Notes under the pieces: model-generated
Seen by the model: the letters and a program-made list of their open reading frames with translations, nothing else
What the model was told of the DNA's origin: nothing
Database searches by the model: none
In this document: positions 9,722-20,209 of the stretch, piece by piece
How the letters are laid out: each line of letters opens with the position of its first letter
Numbering within the stretch: position 1 is the first letter of the stretch
Translations under genes and position numbers: made by a program
Virus record (IMG/VR): IMGVR_UViG_3300042691_020932
Coordinates: 1 to 64,000 of that record
Strand: one strand, 5' to 3'
Source: a virus
DNA: 64,000 bases

Positions 9722-10999
9722 TTATCTTTGTTCAATCCAGTTCAGAACTGCAAGTGCCTTTTTGTTAGTATTAGGACTTGCACAAACAAGAGTGTAAGTA
9801 TCACTGATTGTTCCAATACCACTTCTACCTAACTGAAGTGCTGCTCTAACATCAAGATCAACTAGAGTCCCACCACTACCACCAATCACAAAACCACTCA
9901 AAAGATCACTTCCACCAGATACTGCTGTTTGAGTAATATTATACTGCATAAAAGAGTTTGGATCGGGATGATCTACCCAAGTTCCTCCAGTCAATGTTGC
10001 ATTTTGTAAAAGTTGCCAATAAACATTCGTATTATCATTAGTTGCTGCCTGTAATGATCTCAAAAGCATCACACCAGTTAGGTTATTAGACTTTAGACGA
10101 ATGCTTATAATTGGATAGAATGTATCTGAAGATGGCATCGTTGTCCCTGTGATGGGATTTGATATACTCAAAAGAGTTCCAAGTTTCTCTGGTTCTCCTT
10201 CCTGAATCAGAGAATTAGAACCCTGATACATGTAATGAGTTCCTGCAACACCTGTTATATTTTCTATCTCAAGTCTAATCGGTAAGAATGGAGTAGAACA
10301 CCACACTCCTGGATTTGTATTTGAGTTCTCAAAAGTATGGGATGCAATAGTCTCATTCTTCATCAACCAAGCAAATTCTATAATGCCAGCACCATACCAT
10401 TCATAATTGATGGAAATCATTTGTTGTTTTGTTGGATCTGCAGTCACTCCAGTCCAACCATTTCCATCAAACTTTTCACCATTCCAATCATCCCTGTATA
10501 CTCTAGTTTCTGTAACAATTCCAGTTACACTACTGCGAATTACATAAGAATATGTTCCTCCATCATCCTCAAAATAAACACCGTTGTTTTCATCAAACAA
10601 TCCAAATCTTCTGCGAATACCTACCTGTGGAGTATCAAGACGAATTGCAAATGCAAGAGTTGCTCCTCTACCAGGAATGTATCTCATTACATTCTTGGTT
10701 TGACGAACAATTTTACTACCAGCAGTAGAACCAACTTGCATGATTACATTACTGGCATTTGCATTAAATGTTGCAGTTCCAACTCCAACTATTCTTTCAT
10801 CCCATACATCAGTCTCTTTACCATACTGGAAGGTGTTAAAAAATACTGTTTGATATGGAGATATTTTAAATCTGTTGTTGTTAGTGAATTGAGGTCTCCA
10901 GTCCGTCTGGTTTCCCCAGTGATCTGCGATGTTGAAAACCTCAAAGAGACTTCTTTCTTGATTTAGAAAGTCTTGTGTATTCTTATTCCACTGAGCCAT
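9722..10999 (-). CDS. Hypothetical, probable beta-rich virion protein
   Basis: 425-aa ORF in the head module; contains MRYIPG and EWYGAG. Confidence 0.75.
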   Translation of the reverse strand: MAQWNKNTQDFLNQERSLFEVFNIADHWGNQTDWRPQFTNNNRFKISPYQTVFFNTFQYGKETDVWDERIVGVGTATFNANASNVIMQVGSTAGSKIVRQTKNVMRYIPGRGATLAFAIRLDTPQVGIRRRFGLFDENNGVYFEDDGGTYSYVIRSSVTGIVTETRVYRDDWNGEKFDGNGWTGVTADPTKQQMISINYEWYGAGIIEFAWLMKNETIASHTFENSNTNPGVWCSTPFLPIRLEIENITGVAGTHYMYQGSNSLIQEGEPEKLGTLLSISNPITGTTMPSSDTFYPIISIRLKSNNLTGVMLLRSLQAATNDNTNVYWQLLQNATLTGGTWVDHPDPNSFMQYNITQTAVSGGSDLLSGFVIGGSGGTLVDLDVRAALQLGRSGIGTISDTYTLVCASPNTNKKALAVLNWIEQR

Positions 11000-11001
11000 T
11001 A

Positions 11002-11322
11002 TTAATCAATCCATTCCAACTTTGATGGGTGATATCTTTTTGCGTTTCTAATATTGAAATTCTTTTCAGTTACGGGATAAATCTGATGAACAACTGCTCC
11101 TGGATAATCTCCCTGAAGTTGTTCTCCTAAATCTCTTTTAGATGGAATTCCACTTTTAGTAACTAATTCCATTCTATATAAACTTCCTTGCCACAAAACA
11201 TCTGCAACATACTCTTCTCCAACCTGTTGTGGTGTTTCTGATTGGGAGTTAATGTAAAGATTTCCGTTAAAGTCTCCGGAAATATTTACAGATTCTGAGA
11301 TGAATTGTTTGAAGGATTTCAT
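11002..11322 (-). CDS. Putative internal head protein with capsid-targeting sequence
   Basis: N-terminus MKSFKQFISE resembles the T4 internal-protein targeting sequence MKTYQEFIAE. Confidence 0.7.
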   Translation of the reverse strand: MKSFKQFISESVNISGDFNGNLYINSQSETPQQVGEEYVADVLWQGSLYRMELVTKSGIPSKRDLGEQLQGDYPGAVVHQIYPVTEKNFNIRNAKRYHPSKLEWID

Positions 11323-11489
11323 TCTTCTTCTATTTCCTCTTCTGGTTCGCTATTAAACATTGAGTTCGCCACTTCGGGTCTAAATTCATCAACCTTTTCT
11401 GCAGCTTTAGCGAATAGAAGGTCTTTGATTTTGTCACTAATTTGTGAAGGTGCCTCATCTGAGACAATCATATCCATTAAATCATCCAT
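11319..11489 (-). CDS. Prohead core protein, gp67-like (not in ORF track)
   Basis: Manual translation MDDLMDMIVSDEAPSQISDKIKDLLFAKAAEKVDEFRPEVANSMFNSEPEEEIEEE; small acidic ORF directly downstream of the portal gene. Confidence 0.75.
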   Translation of the reverse strand: MDDLMDMIVSDEAPSQISDKIKDLLFAKAAEKVDEFRPEVANSMFNSEPEEEIEEE

Positions 11490-11520
11490 AGTTATAAATG
11501 TAATCAGTAATCGTTTTTAT

Positions 11521-13218
11521 TTATATCTCCCCACCCTTAGGCATTTCTGCAATTTTTCCACTTGCTTCAGTTGCTTTTCCTTGGGCGTCCAAGTTTGGTT
11601 CCATTACTGGTTGACCCAAATCCATTCCCGATGCTTGTTGTCCCGAATCCAGTGGCATACCTGTCATTGGATCTACGGGAGCATTTGGATCTGGAATAAC
11701 TCCATCCTTAATTTCTTTCTTGATGATTTTATCCTGCTCTAGAATTTCCTCATCGGTTTGGCGAAGAATTTTACGTCTTACATAATCTTGAGAGAAATAT
11801 TTTCCAACGTATGGCTCAGCAATTTGTACCATACCAAGTCTTTCATTCAGCAACTCTGCATCCTTAAGTTCCGCAAAATGATTATCATACAAGAAGTCAT
11901 ATTGGATATGTTCGTCCATTCTATTCCAATCTTCTGGGGTAATGATATTTTTTAGGATTAATTGAGTCCTCAACATATCACTAAACATATAAGAAAATCT
12001 TTTTCTTAAACGAGAAACAAATTTGCTGAACTTAACTTCATCTCTTAGAATTTCTGAAGAACGACCAAGATTAAATCCACCCTCTCCATCCATTCTTGAA
12101 GGAGGAACATTTAGAGAACGATAAAGTTTCTTTTTAAAATATTCAATATCAGTAATCTCTCCAAGATTCTGACCTCCAGGAAGTGTAGAAATTTCTGTAC
12201 CTCTACCCCCTTCCCTTCTTGGAAGCCAAAAATCTTCAAGCATTGCCATGAATTTCTTATCATCACGAATTTCTCCAGTGTTTGCATCATATACTTGTTT
12301 GTTACGATAACGCATCATTACATCACGGAGATATTGTTCTGCCTTAACTTTTGGAAGATTGCCTACATCAATATAGAAAATTCTACGTTCTGGAGCACGA
12401 GATAAACGATAAATTACCAAAGAGTCTTCAATCATTCTTAGTTGATTGAGTGACTTGATTGCCTTATGGAGATATGAAAGAGTTGATCCTTTATTTCTAT
12501 CAACAAGACCAGAAGTGCAATATGTTACGGAATCTTTTGTCATTTTGATTCCAGCATTTGAACCACCAAGAGTTCCAGGTGCTGGAGTTCCTGTTGGATA
12601 TGTCATCTTTGGTTGATAGACGAAATACTCATCAATTTCTGGAAAATCGAAATCCATTGGATTATCGATATTTCTATTTGAAATTCTTAATCTATCATCT
12701 TCCTTTTTCTTTGCCTGACGTACATAACGCATTTTCATTGCGTCAATGTATCTTAGTTCTTGAATTCCTTCGTGAGGATTTTTTAGATCTATTACTTTAT
12801 GGTAGTATAATCTACCATCAACATACCAATTCCTATAGATTTCGTGGGATTTCTTATCAAAATCTAAAAGTTCTAAAATATACTTAAATTCTTCTCTAAT
12901 TTTTTTCTTAATGCCATCGCTAGCATTGAGATTATCCAAGTCAATCTGAACTGGACTATCGTTAGTATCTGATACAATAGCCTCATTTACAATATCTTCA
13001 ATGGCACTATCGCACTCTGGATGAAGTGCCATTTCGCGATACCTTTTAATAAGGTCAAACTCTGTTCTATATACTCCCTCAATATCTACATATGAACCAA
13101 AAAATCCACTAGTTAAATAGTGGTCAACCCCGTCCTCCTTATTGGGAGGAACGGGGGATACTGAAGTTGGCGATAATGGTTCATTATCTTCAATAGAAAA
13201 ACCAAAAAGTTTTGCCAT
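11521..13218 (-). CDS. gp20: Portal protein
   Basis: YRLSRAPERRIFYIDVGNLP, EDFWLPRREGGRGTEI. Confidence 0.99.
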   Translation of the reverse strand: MAKLFGFSIEDNEPLSPTSVSPVPPNKEDGVDHYLTSGFFGSYVDIEGVYRTEFDLIKRYREMALHPECDSAIEDIVNEAIVSDTNDSPVQIDLDNLNASDGIKKKIREEFKYILELLDFDKKSHEIYRNWYVDGRLYYHKVIDLKNPHEGIQELRYIDAMKMRYVRQAKKKEDDRLRISNRNIDNPMDFDFPEIDEYFVYQPKMTYPTGTPAPGTLGGSNAGIKMTKDSVTYCTSGLVDRNKGSTLSYLHKAIKSLNQLRMIEDSLVIYRLSRAPERRIFYIDVGNLPKVKAEQYLRDVMMRYRNKQVYDANTGEIRDDKKFMAMLEDFWLPRREGGRGTEISTLPGGQNLGEITDIEYFKKKLYRSLNVPPSRMDGEGGFNLGRSSEILRDEVKFSKFVSRLRKRFSYMFSDMLRTQLILKNIITPEDWNRMDEHIQYDFLYDNHFAELKDAELLNERLGMVQIAEPYVGKYFSQDYVRRKILRQTDEEILEQDKIIKKEIKDGVIPDPNAPVDPMTGMPLDSGQQASGMDLGQPVMEPNLDAQGKATEASGKIAEMPKGGEI

Positions 13219-13252
13219 AATTTATTTGATACTTTTAACTTTAGACTATTTA

Positions 13253-13819
13253 TTATGCTTCTTCAGTACTAGGAGTCCAGTATTGAACTTGGAAGTCAAC
13301 GGTGAACTCTTCAATAGTATCGGAACTATCATAAGAAAGATCAATTGCAGAAACGCTAGTTGGGAAAATATCAAAGAATTTATAAGTTGCTGCAACTTGA
13401 AGACCACTTCCAAAAGGAGTATTCTTTCCAGTGGTGCTCTTAGATCTCTTAAATTGCTTTACGAATGCATCACACATGTAGTTTGCTGGGTTTGAAAAAC
13501 CACTGGCGTCACCATACTGTCCGATAGACTGCATCCACTTTTCCATAGCATCACGGATTTCAAATTTCTCATCATTAATAATGGTAACAGTCCAAACATC
13601 AAATGTTCTATCACCTGCAACCTTAAAGATTCTTCCTCTAAAAGGTACATCAATTGAACCAATATTGGATGCTGGAAGTGCAGCAGCTTTACATAGAATT
13701 GGGAAGTTGTTAGTTAAATTGATTCCAGAAGGCGGAGTTGGAATAGTTACCTCAAATAGATTGGGCCTAGCGCCTCCGCCAATGAGTGCTGATTTGAAGT
13801 CCTGAATGTTGTGTGCCAT
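13253..13819 (-). CDS. gp19: Tail tube protein
   Basis: GGARPNLF, FRGR..KVAGDRTF, IEEFTVDFQVQYW. Confidence 0.97.
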   Translation of the reverse strand: MAHNIQDFKSALIGGGARPNLFEVTIPTPPSGINLTNNFPILCKAAALPASNIGSIDVPFRGRIFKVAGDRTFDVWTVTIINDEKFEIRDAMEKWMQSIGQYGDASGFSNPANYMCDAFVKQFKRSKSTTGKNTPFGSGLQVAATYKFFDIFPTSVSAIDLSYDSSDTIEEFTVDFQVQYWTPSTEEA

Positions 13820-13853
13820 TTTTTAGTTCCTCCTAGGTTTTGTTCTATTTAAA

Positions 13854-16055
13854 TCAAACTGTACCAGCTACTTCTTCAAAACTTACTCCAGTTCTGGTTG
13901 CAACAAAAGTAAGAGTTACATAGTTAATTGATTTTGCAGGTTTCAGGAAAATATCTGCTCTAAATTCATTGTTATCAATAACGTCAGGAGTATTGTTAGA
14001 AGCATCACAGACAACTAGGAATCCATACAGACCTCTCTTTGCCTGAACATCGCGGAGATATGGTTCAACGATGTTTCTAAAGTTAGCTCTAGTGATCTCA
14101 TCGTTCAGTTCAAAGAGTTGAGCCTCTGCACTTCTTTGGAGTGCTTGCTCGATCGTTAGGAATAGACGGCGAACATTGATTCTATCAAATGCTGATGCAT
14201 ACCCCAAGGCAGTCTTATCACCAAAGAGAAGAATGCCTAATCCAGGTTGATTAATAACAGCATTAATTCTTTGTGGATATAGTTGATCTCTTTGAGCTTT
14301 ATTTGGATTGTATGCTAACTTAATCGCATTATTAAGAATACCACGTTGTTGTCCTGCGGGGGAGAACCAAGGATATGCAACAATACTAGTTCTAACCATC
14401 AATCCAGCAATATCTGGGTTACAGGGAATATAGCGGAACTTATTGTTGAATCTATCGTAAGTATACTTATATCCAGAATCAAACACTGCATAAGATGAAG
14501 AAGAAAGTGGGGAGAAGAACTCAAGAACGTTGTCTGTCTGAGTATCTGCATTTGTAATATCAACAACATCTGCACGATGTGGTGAAATTACGGCAACACA
14601 ATCTTTTCTAGAATTTGCGATTGAAATCAGATGATTTGCTTTTGCTTGAGATTCAAACTTGTTAGGCATTCCAGGACCCATGATCAAGTAATCAACTTGA
14701 ATCTCATCTCTGTTTGAGAACAGATTGTAAGCAGTAAACAGGTCTCCCAGAGTTGCTTGCATTCCAGTTCCATTATCACCATAGTCCTTACCACCGCTTA
14801 GATTGTAAGTAACATTTCCAAGAGCACTGAAAGTTATGTCTTGAGTTGGTTTGTTCCAAAGACCTTCAGAATTGGTGAATTCAGTGAATGCAGTAGAGAA
14901 TCCTGTTGCAACAACTGGTTCGTTTACATTTAACTCATCGGATGGATTGTCTCCAACATAAACATAGTTTGAGTATGTTGCAAGATACTCTTTCCACCAA
15001 ATTCTCTGTGGAGCACTGATTGCAGACACTGCATCAGATGCTTTAGAAAGTCCAACGTGCTTTTCTACTAGATTTCCTTGAATTCCAGTAACGGTTCCAG
15101 TGTCATCAACAATAACTACGTGAATTTCGTCACTCTTACCATTTCTGTTTGCTGCATACTGTGATGTACCTGGTTTTGGTGCAATTGAGCTCCAATAAAT
15201 TGCAGTGTTTGTTAGAGATAGTGTTTGCTCGTTGTACCAGTCCTTAATTGGTGCGGTTCCGGTATTAATAGTAGCAAAAGTTGTTCCAACACCCGCATTA
15301 GTAATTAAGTTTACAACTAAATTTCCACCACCAGTTGCTGGCTTAAATGATCTCAGGCGTGAGTTTGGAGCGTATGTGATGGTGGTTGTTGTATTATTTG
15401 TTGAAACTAAGGAAATGACTTTTACATCAACCGTATCTGTTCCAATACCAGTAATAATTCCCTTCAGATATCCATTAAAGACTGAAGTTGTACCAACACC
15501 TGCTGATGGAACATCAACAAGCGTTGTTGTGATACCCATACCTACAGTTGCCAAACTTGCAAAAGTTGGACCAACTTTTAGGATTTGGTCTGCTTTGTCG
15601 TCAATAACACAAACTTTTAAATTATTAGCCCAACGACCTGGGTTTTTTGCTGCAAAGATATAATTAGCAATATCGTCTGCATAATTCGCCTCATAATCAT
15701 CGAAGTTCTTGATTTTGAGGGTTGGTTCACCTGCAGTAGAAACTCCAGCAGCGTTACGGATTGCATTAGCATTTGCCAGATTTGCACCATCTACTCTTGC
15801 AACCTTTAGAACACCACCGTATGACAAGAAGGATGATGCACTCATCCAATACTCATATTGAGCGTCTGTTGAGATTGGCTTACCAAATGTCTTGATTAGT
15901 TCGTTCTCTGTTGTAATATCAATTGCATCCTCAACGGGACCAATTGCAAAAGGACCAGCAATCGCTCCAATATTATCTAATACATTATCAGCTCTTCCTA
16001 CAGTTAGATCAACCTCCCTTACAAGTACACCGGGAGATAATTGAGGAGTCGCCAT
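13854..16055 (-). CDS. gp18: Tail sheath protein
   Basis: SPGVLVREVDLT, PWFSPAG, FDRINVRRLF, KPAKSINY. Confidence 0.98.
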   Translation of the reverse strand: MATPQLSPGVLVREVDLTVGRADNVLDNIGAIAGPFAIGPVEDAIDITTENELIKTFGKPISTDAQYEYWMSASSFLSYGGVLKVARVDGANLANANAIRNAAGVSTAGEPTLKIKNFDDYEANYADDIANYIFAAKNPGRWANNLKVCVIDDKADQILKVGPTFASLATVGMGITTTLVDVPSAGVGTTSVFNGYLKGIITGIGTDTVDVKVISLVSTNNTTTTITYAPNSRLRSFKPATGGGNLVVNLITNAGVGTTFATINTGTAPIKDWYNEQTLSLTNTAIYWSSIAPKPGTSQYAANRNGKSDEIHVVIVDDTGTVTGIQGNLVEKHVGLSKASDAVSAISAPQRIWWKEYLATYSNYVYVGDNPSDELNVNEPVVATGFSTAFTEFTNSEGLWNKPTQDITFSALGNVTYNLSGGKDYGDNGTGMQATLGDLFTAYNLFSNRDEIQVDYLIMGPGMPNKFESQAKANHLISIANSRKDCVAVISPHRADVVDITNADTQTDNVLEFFSPLSSSSYAVFDSGYKYTYDRFNNKFRYIPCNPDIAGLMVRTSIVAYPWFSPAGQQRGILNNAIKLAYNPNKAQRDQLYPQRINAVINQPGLGILLFGDKTALGYASAFDRINVRRLFLTIEQALQRSAEAQLFELNDEITRANFRNIVEPYLRDVQAKRGLYGFLVVCDASNNTPDVIDNNEFRADIFLKPAKSINYVTLTFVATRTGVSFEEVAGTV

Positions 16056-16138
16056 GTTTTTCTCCGTAATCTCAGTTAACTAAAAATTATTTATTAAAAA
16101 CTTACTTTACGTGGGAGGAAACATGACGTGAATGCAAT

Positions 16139-16369
16139 TTACCAGTCAGGATAATCAAACTCAGAGAAATTCTTTACTGTCTTTCTTCCTTCAGTGATTC
16201 TTTTTATCGTACATTCCTTACACTCATATGAATATGAAGATGCTACAGGACCTCTATCTTTGCGGGTTCTATAAAACTCTCCAATTAAGTTTTTAATCTC
16301 CCCACATACTCTGCATTTTCTATCAGCAAGTAAAAGATGACCTAACCTTATTTGTTTATCTAGTTCCAT
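16139..16369 (-). CDS. Small zinc-ribbon protein (CxxC...CxxC)
   Basis: CRVC...YECKEC. Probable start is MELDKQI at 16369, coupled to the gp17 stop. Confidence 0.75.
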   Translation of the reverse strand: MELDKQIRLGHLLLADRKCRVCGEIKNLIGEFYRTRKDRGPVASSYSYECKECTIKRITEGRKTVKNFSEFDYPDW

Positions 16370-18018
16370 TAGGATAAGTATTCCCACATATAAGCACGAT
16401 CTCCATATTCATCCACATACCATCTATCCCCATCACTATCAGTAAAACTTGTCTCATCTATACCATCATTAATAAAACCAAATGGAGACATATCCTGTTC
16501 TATTTGGTTTTTTTGTTCTTCGTATAATCTTTTTCTTACATCCTGATCGGTAAGTTCTTTAAAATAATCTTGCGCCACCAACCATGCATATATTACTAAA
16601 CACATTGCAAGGTCGTCATTACATCCTTCTTCAGCCTCAAAGGAGTTATGTTTTTGAATGAATGTTGTAAGTTCTGAAATGATTTCATAATCATTGAGAA
16701 AGAGTTTACTTTCTTCAATCATTGTCTTGAGATTTAAGCATCCAACTTTTTTCACAGTCTTAGACATCTTAACGCCAAGTTGGGTTTTCTTTCCTGAAAA
16801 TCCCTGACCGACAATCTGACCTGCTCTACCTCTCATAGAACACATGAGAAGATTATTATATTCCAAGTCATATTGAAGAATACTTGCTACTTGATCTCCA
16901 ACATCATTTACCTCACATAAAATATAAGCATTATTGTATGCTGTTGCTGCCTCATGAATTATGCTTGGAAAAAGCATAGGTTTAATTTCATTGTTTCTAT
17001 ACTTCGCAACTACTCTATGTGGGAATTGTGTTATATCAATAATAGTAAATGCGGAGTAATCATTCCCAACACCTCTAGCAACGTCTACAGTGATGAGGTA
17101 ATCATGATTCTCCTCAGGATCCACATAAACGTCCAAACCCGCGCTACGGGTCTTGGGGGCATCGTATACGAGGGTTCTGAGTTTAGATGGTGCAATAAGA
17201 GTATCAACAGAACCTAAGAATTCACATTCAAACTCAACCTTGAATTGTTGATCGGAAGTGTTTGCAATTGTTTGCTTTTTCCACTCCTCATCTCTTCCTG
17301 GTACTTCACTCCAATGAACGTCCGTGAAGACGTATTCATTTTTACCTTTTTCTGCATCGTGCCACATTCGGTAGAAATGATTCATACCGTGTGGAGTAGA
17401 AACAATTATAACTTTGGTTTGTTTACCTGAAGTAATTGTTGGATAAACTGATGCAAAGAATGAGTCTGCAATGTGATTGGGAACGAACGCAAATTCGTCC
17501 AAAAATAGAATATTGAATGACATACCACGAACTGCAGAAGCAGAAGTAGAAGCAGCCAAGATTTTACTTCCATTCTCCAATTCCAAGGAACCTTTGTTCC
17601 AGGATATGATTCCTTGTTGCATCCACTTCGGTAGATTTTCATAAGCAGTTTGCAGTCTGTCTAAGAGCTCTCTTGCTGTTGCTGCTTTGTTTGCAAGAAT
17701 ACCAATATTCACATTATCATTAAAAACTGCATAATGTAATAGAAAAGATACGACAGTTGTTGATTTGCCAGTCTGTCGTGGCATCTTGCAGATATTAAAT
17801 CTATGATTGTGGAAATTATTAATTAACTTCTCTTGAAAATGATATGGTTTGAATGTTTGAAGACCATGATCCAAGGTTACAATTTTTACATAATTATTTG
17901 CAAAGTAAACTGGGTCGTCTTTACATCTTACAAATTCAAGAATCTGTTCTTGAGTAAATTCGATAGGTGTATTCGCTTTTTTTAAAAGCGGATTACCAAG
18001 ATAAACATCATTTGACAT
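16369..18018 (-). CDS. gp17: Terminase large subunit
   Basis: PRQTGKST, LDEFAF, STPHG, DDLAM; normal length. Confidence 0.98.
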   Translation of the reverse strand: MSNDVYLGNPLLKKANTPIEFTQEQILEFVRCKDDPVYFANNYVKIVTLDHGLQTFKPYHFQEKLINNFHNHRFNICKMPRQTGKSTTVVSFLLHYAVFNDNVNIGILANKAATARELLDRLQTAYENLPKWMQQGIISWNKGSLELENGSKILAASTSASAVRGMSFNILFLDEFAFVPNHIADSFFASVYPTITSGKQTKVIIVSTPHGMNHFYRMWHDAEKGKNEYVFTDVHWSEVPGRDEEWKKQTIANTSDQQFKVEFECEFLGSVDTLIAPSKLRTLVYDAPKTRSAGLDVYVDPEENHDYLITVDVARGVGNDYSAFTIIDITQFPHRVVAKYRNNEIKPMLFPSIIHEAATAYNNAYILCEVNDVGDQVASILQYDLEYNNLLMCSMRGRAGQIVGQGFSGKKTQLGVKMSKTVKKVGCLNLKTMIEESKLFLNDYEIISELTTFIQKHNSFEAEEGCNDDLAMCLVIYAWLVAQDYFKELTDQDVRKRLYEEQKNQIEQDMSPFGFINDGIDETSFTDSDGDRWYVDEYGDRAYMWEYLS

Positions 18019-18033
18019 AATAAAACCTACTTA

Positions 18034-19746
18034 TTAATTACAGTTCCAACGACGAAGTGCTTTATTAATTCTTGAATCAGGATCTCTTGCAGTTTCTGCG
18101 GATGTGAGTCTTTTTTTCATTCCAGACATACGACTACAAAAAGACTTGCGGCGGTTTGCTCTTTTACCCTCTGGATTTTTTTCTGTTACTGCAGTTTGAA
18201 GTTTTGAACCTGGATTTTCCCTACGATATGCTTTAACTGCCGCTGGACTTAATCCATCAGTTTTATCTTTGCGATTTACTTTCTGCCAATCTTCATCAAT
18301 TTCAACTTCTTCGCCCATTGGTCTTACATAATTTCTATTTGGTCCTAGTTTGGCGACACTGCCCCCCTGAGGTCCAAAAGTCTGAATAAGTGGTTGTCCT
18401 GGTTGAATTTCTGAAACAGCATGATGTACAACTATCGAACCTGGATAAACTTTTTGAATTTCATCATTGATTTCTTTTCTGGATGGGGTCTTCACTTGGG
18501 GGAAAAACATTTTAAGTGAATAATATTTTCCTCTCCAGGAAAGAGTTGCTGCAATGACATTCCCAGTTTGAGATTGGAGTCTTGTTGCCTCATTCATTTG
18601 AGATTTAAATCCTTTGATTGGATCTGGTTTAATTACATCCATAACTTCAATGAAAGTTTTCCCATTTAAGTCTTCTATTGTTTGTTCTGGTACACAATTT
18701 GGAACTGCTTTTTTACCCTTCTTTTTCATTCCAACTTGCTTATACCCAGACCAACAATCCTCATCAACTTCATGCTCTCCACTATCAAGGTAATCTGCTG
18801 CAGTGTCAATATAATCTGCTGCCTTTGTAATCTTTGATTGGACCCATGCCTCAATATTTCCCTCACCCTTTCCAACTTTTGCTTGCAATCTTTTCACAGC
18901 ATTCGTAATAGTTTGGAGTTCTCCACGAGCCATAGAGTATTCTTCATCCTTAACAGAAACCTTGTCCCATGCCTTCTCTCCATATGAACACTGAGATCTT
19001 GACTCTCTTTTATCGCACAGTGGGCAATATCTTTCTTCTTCTTTCACGATTTCCTCCGATTTGGTTCCCCAGTTTGCAGCACCAACTTTGCGACATTTCA
19101 CAAGTGCCCCAGATGCATATGCACTAGGCCAGACGGAGTATCTTGACTTTACTTTATTGTAGCAAGCATCCTTTTCGCCACTACCTTTACCTGGTTTGTC
19201 CTTTACTTCTTGTAAGTCCATTTCTTCAGTTCTAACATTTGTTGGTTTTGCCCCACTAGATTTCTGTGGTTGATTTGGGTCTTGAATATTCTTTCTACGT
19301 CTTGCTGCTTCTTCCTCACCTGCCGAAAGTGACCTTTTCATTTTAGAACTTCCGCACTTTGGAGTGGAAGTTTGTCCGGGTTGGCGAGCGCATGGTTTAC
19401 CTGCCCATTTTCCGCCAAGTTGAACCCACCCCTTTTTATTGTCAGATGACTTTGACTTGCCAAACCAATCATGCAAACCTTCATCACCGGATTTAGTTTC
19501 TTCCTTTACATCTTTAAATTTTTTATGATGCTTTTTAGCATCTGCCTCCATTTTTTTCAGACGAGTGTAATAGTCTGGTATTTCATCTAGATGTTGAAGA
19601 GCAATATCCATTGCAAGTTCATGATCTCTTGTATGTTCATGCTCAATAGGTTCTCCCATATCAAGTTGCTTCTGTATGAAAGAAACATCAAGACGATGCT
19701 TCTTTGCAATTTGTTCAACCGTTTTATAGGACTTCAATTTTGGCAT
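18034..19746 (-). CDS. Modular basic protein, probable processed internal head polyprotein
   Basis: Concatenated small modules (IEHEHT...DEIPDYYTRL; WPSAYASG; CWSGY...VPNCVP; RRKSFCSRM...ALRRWNC) separated by xxE/EE sites. Confidence 0.75.
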   Translation of the reverse strand: MPKLKSYKTVEQIAKKHRLDVSFIQKQLDMGEPIEHEHTRDHELAMDIALQHLDEIPDYYTRLKKMEADAKKHHKKFKDVKEETKSGDEGLHDWFGKSKSSDNKKGWVQLGGKWAGKPCARQPGQTSTPKCGSSKMKRSLSAGEEEAARRRKNIQDPNQPQKSSGAKPTNVRTEEMDLQEVKDKPGKGSGEKDACYNKVKSRYSVWPSAYASGALVKCRKVGAANWGTKSEEIVKEEERYCPLCDKRESRSQCSYGEKAWDKVSVKDEEYSMARGELQTITNAVKRLQAKVGKGEGNIEAWVQSKITKAADYIDTAADYLDSGEHEVDEDCWSGYKQVGMKKKGKKAVPNCVPEQTIEDLNGKTFIEVMDVIKPDPIKGFKSQMNEATRLQSQTGNVIAATLSWRGKYYSLKMFFPQVKTPSRKEINDEIQKVYPGSIVVHHAVSEIQPGQPLIQTFGPQGGSVAKLGPNRNYVRPMGEEVEIDEDWQKVNRKDKTDGLSPAAVKAYRRENPGSKLQTAVTEKNPEGKRANRRKSFCSRMSGMKKRLTSAETARDPDSRINKALRRWNCN

Positions 19747-19777
19747 TTAACTGCAGAACATCTTTTTATATTTATTA

Positions 19778-20209
19778 TTATAAATCTCCCTGAGTCTGCT
19801 GCTTCAATAGTTTCGCTAGTTCTGCAGTTGAACCTACAAAAAGAGCATTATTTACTGTAGTTGGACCTTTACCAATCTTTTCCTCTTCAATATCTTTAAG
19901 TTTCTTTTGAAGATCCATTAACTTATCGGTAGCATCTGCAACATTCTTAATCAACTGACCCGCAACTTCATATGCCCTTGGCATTTCACTTTCTTGTGCT
20001 AATTCTAAAATTCCGTTGATTGCCTCTTGACCTTTTTCTATGATTGAATATAAGTTTCCTCTCGTATATTCATAATCCTTTTTAACATCATCCATTGCTG
20101 AAGATATTTTTTCAAACTTCTCTACTTCGGATTTATTGTCAATAGGTACTATTTCACTATCAACATTGAAAGCATCGTTCAACTTGTCGAATTTTTTTGT
20201 CATTTTCAT
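19778..20209 (-). CDS. gp16: Terminase small subunit
   Basis: DYEYTR.NLY, PRAYEVAGQLIK, FVGSTAEL. Confidence 0.95.
   Translation of the reverse strand: MKMTKKFDKLNDAFNVDSEIVPIDNKSEVEKFEKISSAMDDVKKDYEYTRGNLYSIIEKGQEAINGILELAQESEMPRAYEVAGQLIKNVADATDKLMDLQKKLKDIEEEKIGKGPTTVNNALFVGSTAELAKLLKQQTQGDL

Noticed and set aside
10337-11742. Long plus-strand ORFs (10337-10966, 11305-11742; likewise 28592-29125, 59787-60296, 62443-63048)
   Set aside because: They are antisense shadows of well-supported minus-strand genes and show no recognisable motifs.
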